Made by a program: the position numbers and the translations under genes. A stretch of 64,000 bases of DNA, taken from NCBI GenBank assembly GCA_947591495.1, contig CANQDG010000007.1, positions 1,334-65,333 on the forward strand, written 5' to 3'. How positions within the stretch are numbered: position 1 is the first letter of the stretch; each line of letters begins with the position of its first letter. The stretch comes from an uncultured Bacilli bacterium (GTDB lineage: Bacteria > Bacillota_I > Bacilli_A > ML615J-28 > CAG-313). The notes under the pieces are model-generated. The model had not been told where the DNA came from. It saw only the letters and a program-made list of their open reading frames with translations, and made no database searches. This document shows positions 27,841-35,485 of the stretch, one piece after another.

Positions 27841-27883
27841 TGCGGGAGAATGTGGGAGAATATGGGAGAATGTGGGAGTATGT
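27841..27883. repeat. four tandem 10-bp units (TGCGGGAGAA TGTGGGAGAA TATGGGAGAA TGTGGGAGTA) plus a partial unit
   Basis: Read directly. The period is exactly 10 bp. The array lies 7 bp upstream of the putative -35. Confidence 0.9.
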
Positions 27884-27971
27884 TAAAATGGCTCTTTCAT
27901 TTTAAGTGGACTAAATTTAAGAAACTAGTTTATATATAATAAAACGTTTTTTGTTTAGTTGTAATATTGTT

Positions 27972-28007
27972 TAAGTTAAAACCTCTCTTAGTGGTTAAGA
28001 GAGGTTT
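27972..28007 (-). terminator. intrinsic terminator after the 144-aa gene
   Basis: 10-bp stem ACCTCTCTTA / TAAGAGAGGT with a 5-nt loop, followed by TTTTAACTT on the minus strand. Confidence 0.65.
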
Positions 28008-28012
28008 GGTTT

Positions 28013-28447
28013 TTATAGATATGGTCTAATATCAATAGTTAAATTAGCTTCTAAATTAATTAATCTTTTGGTAATATCTTTTGATACTTCATCAGCTGCT
28101 TTATATTGATTTAGATATTTATTTAAAGATTTAACACCCATATTACATCCATCAGTCATTAATGAAGCAATTGTTTCATCATTTTCATGAATGGCTAGTT
28201 TCATATTAGTTTTAACAGAAGACATTGTTTTAGCAACAACATTAGGATTTTTGCCATCATCGTGATATTTATCAAGTAATTCTTGAATTTCTTCTTTTAA
28301 TTTAATATGTTCTTCTTTACAAGAAGTTAGGCAATTTTTAAAATTCATATCTTTAACAGAATCTAAAACATCATCTATGGAAGATACGCCCATTTTAATA
28401 CCTGCATCACATTCTCTTAATAATTTAATTGTATCTGATTCAATCAT
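28013..28447 (-). CDS. hypothetical helical-bundle protein
   Basis: 144 aa, predicted all-helical. Has its own RBS (AAGGAG). It resembles small conserved clostridial hypothetical proteins, but I cannot name a family with confidence. Confidence 0.5.
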   Translation of the reverse strand: MIESDTIKLLRECDAGIKMGVSSIDDVLDSVKDMNFKNCLTSCKEEHIKLKEEIQELLDKYHDDGKNPNVVAKTMSSVKTNMKLAIHENDETIASLMTDGCNMGVKSLNKYLNQYKAADEVSKDITKRLINLEANLTIDIRPYL

Positions 28448-28519
28448 ATATATATCTCCTTATTTTTTTTATTATTATAAGTCGTTTTTTTGAATCTATA
28501 CTTCTTAAATATTAAGCGT

Positions 28520-29374
28520 TTATTTTCTTTTTAATTCTTGATATATATTACTTTTAGATGTTCCGCGATCTTTTGCGACTAAACGCATCGCTTCTTTTTC
28601 ATCAAATCCTTGATCTAAGTAATGTTGCATATGTTCATTTAAAGAACCATTGATTAAATCTTGATTAATTTCTTTTAAAGTTGCACCCTCAATTATAATA
28701 ACCATTTCGCCTTTTAATTCATCGGCTACTGCTAAAATTTCTTGGGGTGTGCCATGTAAATATTCTTCATAAGTTTTAGTTAATTCACGAGCTAAGCAAA
28801 TTCTACGGTCAGGCATTAATGAACTAAGCATCGTTAAAGTTTCTTTAATTCGATGAGGTGATTCATATAAAACCAGTGTATCTGTTAAATCTTTTAATTT
28901 TTGAAGTTCATTTTTTCTTTTATTATCGCCGCTATTTAAAAATCCTGTAAAAACGATTCGATTAGAAGGAATTCCACTACCAACTAGAGCCGTTACGAAA
29001 GCTGATGGCCCAGGAACTACGACAACATCAATTTGTTTGTTAATCGCTTCTCTTACCGCAAGATATCCGGGATCACTAATAATTGGCATTCCCGCATCAC
29101 TCACAATAGCTATATTTTTACCATTTTGAACTAAATTTAAAATGTTTTCGGTTAATTCATTTTCATTAAAAGTATGATAACTATGAAGAGGCTTGGTAAT
29201 ATCAAAATGGGCTAATAGTTTACGCGTTACACGTGTATCTTCACAATAAATCATATCAACCATTTTTAAGGTATTGATTGCCCTAATACTCATATCATCA
29301 AAATTACCAATAGGGACTCCTACCATATATATTTTTGCTAGATTATTTTGAAAGGTTTTTTGCCTTTTTAACAT
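28520..29374 (-). CDS. rsmI: 16S rRNA (cytidine1402-2'-O)-methyltransferase RsmI
   Basis: 284 aa. VGVPIGNFDDMSIRAINTLKMVDMIYCEDTR and SDAGMPIISDPG. Confidence 0.9.
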   Translation of the reverse strand: MLKRQKTFQNNLAKIYMVGVPIGNFDDMSIRAINTLKMVDMIYCEDTRVTRKLLAHFDITKPLHSYHTFNENELTENILNLVQNGKNIAIVSDAGMPIISDPGYLAVREAINKQIDVVVVPGPSAFVTALVGSGIPSNRIVFTGFLNSGDNKRKNELQKLKDLTDTLVLYESPHRIKETLTMLSSLMPDRRICLARELTKTYEEYLHGTPQEILAVADELKGEMVIIIEGATLKEINQDLINGSLNEHMQHYLDQGFDEKEAMRLVAKDRGTSKSNIYQELKRK

Positions 29375-29375
29375 A

Positions 29376-30131
29376 TTATTCTTCCTTTTTGTAGTTGAAG
29401 ATTTTTAAAATTTCTTCGGTATATTGATTATTTTCATCATAAACATAAAGTGGCGGTAAAATTTTTAAATTGCCACTACTACCTTTTTTCTTAGCTTCAA
29501 TTAATAAGACTAAAGCTTTATCAGAAGTTTTCTTCGGATAAACAAAGCGTAATCTTTTAATGGCAAAGTGATATTTATTAAAAGTATCAAACACTTCAAT
29601 CATCCGATCAACGCGATGAACCATTGCAAGCGTCCCCCCATCTTTTAATAAGATATTGCTAACTTTCACAATATCTTCAAGGGTTGCTTCAATTTCATGT
29701 CTAGCAATTGTTTTATAAATACTTTCATTAATATTACTAGATGGCTGATATTTGAAAAAAGGAGGATTAGAAGTTACAACATCAAACTTACTTGAACCAA
29801 CTACTTTATATATATCCTTTAGATTGCCTTGGTAAATTTTGATTTGTTCTTCTAAATGATTATAACTAACACTTCTTCTAGCAAGATCATATATCTCTTC
29901 TTGTAATTCTACACCGATAATTTGTGCACTAGTTCTTAATGATAAAAAGATGGGAATATAACCATTGCCACAACCAAGATCAATGATTTGGTGATCTTTT
30001 TTGTTAATCGTAACAAAATAAGCAAGGAGCGTCGAATCTAATGAAAAATTAAAAATATCAGGCCGTTGAATAATTTTTAAGCCTTCATATCCTAGTAAGT
30101 CATTAATTATTTCTTTTTGGGGTTTTGGCAT
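29376..30131 (-). CDS. SAM-dependent N6-adenine methyltransferase (YabB / tRNA1(Val) m6A37 methyltransferase-like)
   Basis: DLGCGNG SAM motif and the NPPFF catalytic motif. The start is set to MPKPQKEIINDL (ATG 30131). The track ORF extends through the ricT 3' end in another frame. Confidence 0.75.
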   Translation of the reverse strand: MPKPQKEIINDLLGYEGLKIIQRPDIFNFSLDSTLLAYFVTINKKDHQIIDLGCGNGYIPIFLSLRTSAQIIGVELQEEIYDLARRSVSYNHLEEQIKIYQGNLKDIYKVVGSSKFDVVTSNPPFFKYQPSSNINESIYKTIARHEIEATLEDIVKVSNILLKDGGTLAMVHRVDRMIEVFDTFNKYHFAIKRLRFVYPKKTSDKALVLLIEAKKKGSSGNLKILPPLYVYDENNQYTEEILKIFNYKKEE

Positions 30132-31107
30132 TCTTGTTTCCTGTTTTTTTATTAAAATGTTTGGGGTCCTTAGCGGGTGTAATCGTTTTTTTATTTTCTT
30201 TTTCTTTAATGATGCTTTCGACATTAACTTCTTCAACGACAATGTTATCATCGGTATCAATACTTGCAACAAGCGTTGCGTCATCTTTAACATTAGAATT
30301 TAGCGTAATTATTTCAACATCATCAGCTTTGTGTAAAACAGGTGTGCCACCAGGATTTTCATCCGTTTTAACGGTTCTTTTAAGATAATCCACACTGACA
30401 ATTTTGCAACATTCACAACTTGGGGTTTTAACCATTTGGCCAACACTTGGCAATTCCTTTTTTAACTCTTTATATAATTCATGTTCATAAGCAATGCAAC
30501 ACATTAATTTATCACAAATACCACTAATTTTATTTGTGTTAAGAGCCATACCTTGTTCTTTGGCCATTTTCATCGTCACAAAATCAAAATTAGTTAGATG
30601 CTTTTTACAACAGATTTCTCTACCACAGCTACCAATTCCTCCCATAATTCGGGCTGCTTCTCTTGTGCCTATTTGACGTAATTCGACTCTTATTTTAAAT
30701 TCAGGTGCTAAAACTTTTAAAAGATCACGAAAGTCAACACGATCTTCGGCACTATAATAAAAGATTACTTTAGATGAGTCAATCGTATATTCGCAATATA
30801 AAGGTTTCATCTCGAGATTAAAGATTTTAACATAATGTTTAAAAATTTCAAAACTTTTCTTGGCTAATTCATTATTATTTTTTTCTTTGGTTAAATCGTC
30901 TTGGGTTGCCTTTCGAATGACTGGTTTTAAATCATGTTCTAAATCGTCATCTTCTACAAGTCTATTTCCAATTAGAACATGGCCTAACTCTAAGCCACGA
31001 ACAGTTTCAACTATGACGTAATCATTATATTGAAATTCTAAATCTAATGGGTCAAAGTAATATACTCGTCCGCCACCTTTAAACTGTATTCCTACAACGG
31101 TTTTCAT
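30103..31107 (-). CDS. ricT: PSP1-domain protein RicT (YaaT) with a Lys-rich C-terminal extension
   Basis: 334 aa. PSP1 core (GSCGREICCKKHL, CDKLMCCIAYE). Conserved position between holB and yabB. Confidence 0.85.
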   Translation of the reverse strand: MKTVVGIQFKGGGRVYYFDPLDLEFQYNDYVIVETVRGLELGHVLIGNRLVEDDDLEHDLKPVIRKATQDDLTKEKNNNELAKKSFEIFKHYVKIFNLEMKPLYCEYTIDSSKVIFYYSAEDRVDFRDLLKVLAPEFKIRVELRQIGTREAARIMGGIGSCGREICCKKHLTNFDFVTMKMAKEQGMALNTNKISGICDKLMCCIAYEHELYKELKKELPSVGQMVKTPSCECCKIVSVDYLKRTVKTDENPGGTPVLHKADDVEIITLNSNVKDDATLVASIDTDDNIVVEEVNVESIIKEKENKKTITPAKDPKHFNKKTGNKNAKTPKRNN

Positions 31108-31118
31108 TGATAACCTCC

Positions 31119-32084
31119 TTATAGTTTAGAAAATAGACTAGTATATTGCAAATCAAGATTAACGTAATAATTAAAACGTTCTTGATATGTATTAAGTAAT
31201 TCTAATTTTCTAATGATTTCTTTCTTTTCTAAATTAAGATTGGTAAAATTATCTAATAGTTCATTAAAATATTGAGGTTTTTCACCTATTTGTCGATTTA
31301 ATAATTCTTGATAAATTAAGATTAAAATATCTAGGAAAAAACGATGATAATTTTTATCTTTTTCTTCTAAAAACAAAACGCGATTACGATAATATTCAAC
31401 AAAAGGATCTTTATTTTTTAAATCTTTATCAACTATTTTAATGGCTACATTTAAAAAATTAGTAATTTTACCTTCTTCAATATATTTCATAGCTTTTTCT
31501 AAATCACTTGTTAAAAAACTTACAACATATGAAATATCTAAATCAATTCCACAATCTACTAATTTATCGATTAAATAATGTTTAGGGATCGGATTTAAAT
31601 GAATTAATTGACAACGAGATACAATAGTATCAAGTAGTTTATGATAATTAGTAGTTGTTAAAAAAGCATAATGATTGGGATTTGGTTCTTCTAAAAATTT
31701 TAAAAGAGCATTTTGGGCTGATAAATTCATTTTATCAGCATCTTTGATTAAATAAATTTGTGCACGATTATCAAAACTAGACATCGAAAAGTCATGAATT
31801 AACGTTTCGATTTGTTCTTTTTTGATTAAATCATCGTTAGGTTCGATATATATAAAGTTTAAATGAGTTTTACTATCAATGCTTTTGCAATCAGCACAAT
31901 TCATACAAGGAGCATTTGGTTTTCGACAGAGAAGTTTTTTTACAATATAAAAAACAATATCGCATGCAACGTTTTCGGCTTCGGCATCTAGTAAATAGGC
32001 ATGAGCTAATTTATTTTTTTCAATGCTATTTATTAAAAGACGCATTGCATTTTTTTGATAAACAAATAAATCCTCATTTTTCAT
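31119..32084 (-). CDS. holB: DNA polymerase III subunit delta prime
   Basis: LAHAYLL, a Cys cluster CMNCADC, LLKFLEEP and VSRCQ. The ATG at 32084 lies 9 nt after AAAGGA. Confidence 0.8.
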   Translation of the reverse strand: MKNEDLFVYQKNAMRLLINSIEKNKLAHAYLLDAEAENVACDIVFYIVKKLLCRKPNAPCMNCADCKSIDSKTHLNFIYIEPNDDLIKKEQIETLIHDFSMSSFDNRAQIYLIKDADKMNLSAQNALLKFLEEPNPNHYAFLTTTNYHKLLDTIVSRCQLIHLNPIPKHYLIDKLVDCGIDLDISYVVSFLTSDLEKAMKYIEEGKITNFLNVAIKIVDKDLKNKDPFVEYYRNRVLFLEEKDKNYHRFFLDILILIYQELLNRQIGEKPQYFNELLDNFTNLNLEKKEIIRKLELLNTYQERFNYYVNLDLQYTSLFSKL

Positions 32085-32721
32085 AATTAGCATTCCTTTT
32101 TAAAAATTCTAAGACAACCGCTAACGCTGATGCTTTAACTTCTTCTTTTGACTGTTCACCATTAATGACAACGATTCGGTTAGGGAATTTATCTTTAATT
32201 TTTAAGTATCCTTCATAAACTTTTTGATGAAAGTCCATTTTTTCTAATTCCAAGCGATCTAAACTACTACGATTATTTTTTGTAATACGACTTAACCCCA
32301 CTTCTGGTGTAACACAAACTAATAAAGTTAAGTCTGGCAATAAATTATCTGTAGCATAGGTATTCATTTGATATACTTCATCAATACCGATACCTCTTGC
32401 GAAACCTTGATATGCTAAAGATGAATCTAAATAGCGATCGCATAAAATAATTTTGCCTTCGTTAAGGGCTGGAATAATGGTTTTAACTAAATGTTCCCGG
32501 CGGCTTGCGGCATAAAGGAGCGATTCAGTTTTAGCATCCATTCCAAAGTTATCAACATCTAAAATAACTTGACGGATTTTTTCTGCAACTTTACTTCCAC
32601 CTGGTTCTCTAGAATATAAAACATCATATCCTAAGTTAATTAGTTCTTCTTTAATTGCTTCAATAACACTTGATTTGCCACTACCATCATTACCTTCAAA
32701 TGTAATAAAAATTCCCCTCAT
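32074..32721 (-). CDS. tmk: thymidylate kinase
   Basis: 215 aa. FITFEGNDGSGKSS P-loop and DRYLDSSLAYQG. TGA stop. Confidence 0.92.
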   Translation of the reverse strand: MRGIFITFEGNDGSGKSSVIEAIKEELINLGYDVLYSREPGGSKVAEKIRQVILDVDNFGMDAKTESLLYAASRREHLVKTIIPALNEGKIILCDRYLDSSLAYQGFARGIGIDEVYQMNTYATDNLLPDLTLLVCVTPEVGLSRITKNNRSSLDRLELEKMDFHQKVYEGYLKIKDKFPNRIVVINGEQSKEEVKASALAVVLEFLKRNANYEK

Positions 32722-32834
32722 AAATAAAAAACCTCATATATATATTTTTTATTATTATAACATATTTTTTGTTTTTTATAAAGTAAGATGTATATTTTAA
32801 AAAAATCTGCTTAAAATATATGTGAGGTGTTATT

Positions 32835-33020
32835 GTGAATAATCATGAATTTCAAAAACCTAATCCCTTTAATAATGATATGAAAAGAAGATTTGATGAT
32901 CAAACTGAATTTGCGAAAGAATTTGATAACCCTGCTTTTGATATTAGAAGTTCATTAGATAATAGTTATAATATAGATGAAGAAATACTAAACAAACGTA
33001 AATTAAAAAATAAAAAATAA
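32835..33020 (+). CDS. hypothetical small protein (orphan, plus strand)
   Basis: 61 aa. GTG start 6 nt after GAGGTG. Hydrophilic, with no motif. Followed by a strong hairpin. The coding status is uncertain. Confidence 0.3.
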   Translation: MNNHEFQKPNPFNNDMKRRFDDQTEFAKEFDNPAFDIRSSLDNSYNIDEEILNKRKLKNKK

Positions 33021-33044
33021 GATCATTCTTTTTCTATAAATAAA

Positions 33045-33085
33045 AGGACTAATAAAAACGTGAAAAATAGTTTTTTATTAGTCCT
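33045..33085. terminator. bidirectional terminator between the small ORF (+) and the LRR gene (-)
   Basis: 14-bp stem AGGACTAATAAAAA / TTTTTATTAGTCCT with a 12-nt loop. Confidence 0.6.
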
Positions 33086-33108
33086 AAAATATTTTTTATA
33101 TCTAATAA

Positions 33109-34953
33109 TCAAGCCGTTTTTTTAGTCCAAGCATAATATATAAATGCATCTTCATCTATTAAATATGCAGCTGCAAGTTCTGGATTTTTTAACTCATCAG
33201 AGGATAAATTTTTTTCATTTACTACCCAATTATTTGGATCTTCAAATATTGCTTTTTTTAAATTTGTACACTCAGCAAAAGCTCCTGCACCTATATTTAT
33301 GACGCTGGAGGGAATAGTTACGCTTTGTAAATTTGTGCAATCATAAAAAGCACCATATCCGATACTTGTGATGCTAGATGGAATAGTTATATTTTGTAAA
33401 CTTATGCAACCAGTAAAGGCCAATTCTCCTATACTTGTAACACTAGATGGAATAATAGTGTCTTTACATCCTACAATTAAGGTCTTAGTACTTGTTTCGA
33501 TTATGGCATTACAATTATCTCTTGAATCATATTGGGAATTATTAGAGTCTACAATAATACTTGAAAGACTTAGGCATTCAGATAAAGCACCATATCCTAT
33601 GCTTGTTACACTTGATGGGATGGTTATACTTTTTAAACTTGCACATCCAAAGAAGGCGCAATATCCTATATTAGTGATGCTTGATGAAAGAGTTATACTT
33701 TGTAATTTATGATATCCAACAAAGGCATAATTTGGTATTGTTGTTACGCCTTCTAACATTTCTTCTGTTATATTTGTTATTTCTTCTTTATTTATTTTTA
33801 AGACAGCTTGTTCATTTGATAATGGATTAGCACGACTACTTTGAAAATCAATTTGGCACCATAATGCTATACTTGGGATATTTATTTCATTTAGATTAGA
33901 ACATCCATAAAAGGCAGCATATCCTATACTTGTAACACTGGATGGGATGGTTATACTTTCTAAACTTGTACAGTCTTCAAAGGCAGATTCTCCAATACTT
34001 GTCACGCTTGATGGAATGGTTATACTTTCTAAACTTGTACAGTCTTCAAAGGCAGATTTTCCAATACTTGTCACGCTTGATGGAATGGTTATACTTTCTA
34101 CATTTGCGCAACCAGTAAAGGCAGATTCTCCTATTATGTTTCCTCCTGTTATGATTATTTCTTTTAATGATTGCGGGACGCCCTTTTCTATAAATGGTAA
34201 TGATGGTAATGGTAATGTTAATAATAATCCTTCGAATATATAACTGAAATTAGTCTTTTCATTTCCATCACCGACAAATGGCAATGTTATACTTTCTAGA
34301 CCGGTACAACCTATAAAAGCGCCTTCGCCTATCTTTCTTACACTAGATGGAATTGTTACTTCAATTAAACTTATACATCCAGTAAAGGAATATTGACCAA
34401 CATTTGTAATACTAGATGGAATTGTTATGCTTTGCAAACTTTCACAAAAAGCAAAGCTACCATCCCCTATTATTGTTACTAATATATCATTATAATACTT
34501 AGGAATAGCAACCTTTGTTACATCTTTATTAGTAGGACCTACTACTTTATATGTATTATCATCAAATAGACTATATTCTAATACATCTTGATAATCACAT
34601 ACACTACATTTACCATTTTCATCAAAGATATGTTTTTCTTTATCAACTATAGTATGACAATTTTTACATTCTTTGGTATGTTCTAGATTACTATAAGCAA
34701 ATCCTATATATTGATGAGGTAATTTTTTTATTGTTACATCACTTATTTCTTTTTTGCCATTTGCATCAGAAAAATATTTATTACATGTGGTACATTTCCA
34801 ATATTCGATGTTACCTTCCTTTTCGCAAGTGGCTTCGGTTTTTTCATAATGCCTAAAATCATGATGATGTTTGTTTTTTTTACAACCTATTAAATTAAAC
34901 ATTATTATAAAAATAGTAAAAATACTTATAATTTTAAAAAGATGTTTTTTCAT
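33109..34953 (-). CDS. surface lipoprotein: Cys/His module plus BspA-type leucine-rich repeats
   Basis: 614 aa. Lipobox FNLIGC. Contains ATCEKEGNIEYWKCTTCNKYF, then repeated ITIPSSVTSIGxxAFxxCTSLES units. Paralog of 60792-63314. Confidence 0.8.
   Translation of the reverse strand: MKKHLFKIISIFTIFIIMFNLIGCKKNKHHHDFRHYEKTEATCEKEGNIEYWKCTTCNKYFSDANGKKEISDVTIKKLPHQYIGFAYSNLEHTKECKNCHTIVDKEKHIFDENGKCSVCDYQDVLEYSLFDDNTYKVVGPTNKDVTKVAIPKYYNDILVTIIGDGSFAFCESLQSITIPSSITNVGQYSFTGCISLIEVTIPSSVRKIGEGAFIGCTGLESITLPFVGDGNEKTNFSYIFEGLLLTLPLPSLPFIEKGVPQSLKEIIITGGNIIGESAFTGCANVESITIPSSVTSIGKSAFEDCTSLESITIPSSVTSIGESAFEDCTSLESITIPSSVTSIGYAAFYGCSNLNEINIPSIALWCQIDFQSSRANPLSNEQAVLKINKEEITNITEEMLEGVTTIPNYAFVGYHKLQSITLSSSITNIGYCAFFGCASLKSITIPSSVTSIGYGALSECLSLSSIIVDSNNSQYDSRDNCNAIIETSTKTLIVGCKDTIIPSSVTSIGELAFTGCISLQNITIPSSITSIGYGAFYDCTNLQSVTIPSSVINIGAGAFAECTNLKKAIFEDPNNWVVNEKNLSSDELKNPELAAAYLIDEDAFIYYAWTKKTA
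33929..34135. repeat. three tandem 69-bp (23-codon LRR) units inside the LRR gene, with the central copies nearly identical
   Basis: Units start at 33929, 33998 and 34067. Copies 1 and 2 differ at a handful of positions. They encode ITIPSSVTSIG(K/E)SAFEDCTSLES. Confidence 0.85.
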
Positions 34954-34989
34954 AAGTTACTCCTTGTATGATATAAAGTGTTCATAAAT

Positions 34990-35018
34990 ATCTTATCATT
35001 TATACTTATGTTTTGCAA
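34990..35018 (-). promoter_or_regulatory. putative promoter of the 33109-34953 LRR gene
   Basis: On the minus strand, TTGCAA (35018-35013), a 17-nt spacer, then TAAGAT (34995-34990). An AAGGAG RBS follows. Confidence 0.4.
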
Positions 35019-35063
35019 GTTTTTATATAAATTATTATAAAAAAGACTGTTAAAAATCTAGGA

Positions 35064-35104
35064 TATGTGAATTTCTGTGGGGTGTCCCTACACTTTTTCA
35101 CAGG
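35064..35104. repeat. left-end pair of 19-bp motif copies (one inverted, one direct)
   Basis: 35066-35082 is TGTGAATTTCTGTGGGG, the inverse of CCCYACAGAAATTCACA. 35086-35104 is CCCTACACTTTTTCACAGG. Confidence 0.8.
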
Positions 35105-35262
35105 TTCTTTGTTATGTGTAAAATTAGTATACATATTTAAAAATTGCCAATATGTAAAAAAATTTAATTAACGAATCATTTATTATTATTTATTTGCATA
35201 AATTTAATTTATTTCTAATTATATTTAGACTTTTTTATCTATTATTTGATATTACAAATAAC

Positions 35263-35292
35263 AAAATACTCTGTCAAAAAACAGAGTATTTT
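35263..35292. terminator. perfect 12-bp palindromic hairpin inside the element (bidirectional terminator-like)
   Basis: AAAATACTCTGT-CAAAAA-ACAGAGTATTTT, with A and T tracts forming part of the stem and flanks. Confidence 0.5.
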
Positions 35293-35331
35293 TGATAAAC
35301 TTTTTTAGTTTTTAATAAGGTTTTTTATCGA

Positions 35332-35410
35332 CCCTACACTTTTTCACAGGTATCAAAACCCTATAGAAATTCATAGGTGTTTTTACTTGAACCCTACAGA
35401 AATTCACAGG
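35332..35410. repeat. right-end array of three direct 19-bp motif copies
   Basis: 35332-35350 is CCCTACACTTTTTCACAGG, identical to 35086-35104. 35359-35377 is CCCTATAGAAATTCATAGG. 35392-35410 is CCCTACAGAAATTCACAGG. Confidence 0.85.
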
Positions 35411-35485
35411 ACCAAAATCTAAAAGTAATTAGCAGTCTTTTTTTTGTGCAATATATATATTAATTTTTTTATTTTTCTTTGTTTT

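Larger units (their letters stand above)
35061..35413. mobile_element. MITE-like non-autonomous element (353 bp) with 22-bp imperfect terminal inverted repeats and an 8-bp target-site duplication
   Basis: TIR-L is GGATATGTGAATTTCTGTGGGG (35061-35082). The reverse complement of 35392-35413 is GGTCCTGTGAATTTCTGTAGGG, giving 18 of 22 identical. Perfect AAAATCTA direct repeats lie at 35053-35060 and 35414-35421. There is no ORF inside. Confidence 0.6.

Noticed and set aside
33368-34243. Plus-strand ORFs (33368-33712 and 33947-34243) antisense to the LRR lipoprotein gene, with repetitive VTLDGMVILSKL... translations
   Set aside because: They lie entirely inside a well-supported minus-strand CDS. 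Their periodicity simply mirrors the 69-bp LRR repeat, and they lack an RBS. They are open antisense frames produced by the repeat's codon composition.
34874-34881. T8 (A8 in the coding sense) homopolymer just after the lipobox Cys codon of the 614-aa LRR gene, considered as a slipped-strand phase-variation switch
   Set aside because: Equally long tracts occur in essential genes here, for example T8 at 54400-54407 inside rpsJ. The tract therefore reflects AT-rich Lys codon usage. Without population data there is no basis for a phase-variation claim.
35041-35053. AAAAAGACTGTTAA is shared between the split truA terminator (35041-35053) and the terminator after the 840-aa LRR gene (60745-60758), considered as evidence that the two loci are paralogous
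   Set aside because: The match is only ~14 nt of A-run plus stem, and the contexts differ (5' of one LRR gene, 3' of the other). It could be convergence of AT-rich terminators. It is noted but is too short to interpret.
35064-35410. The 19-bp repeat cluster considered as a mini-CRISPR array or as oriC
   Set aside because: It is not CRISPR. There are only five copies, the gaps are 3-14 bp at the ends with one 227-bp interior, the orientations are mixed, and there are no cas genes. It is not oriC either. I see no DnaA boxes (TTATCCACA), no dnaA or dnaN, and no switch in gene orientation across the site.
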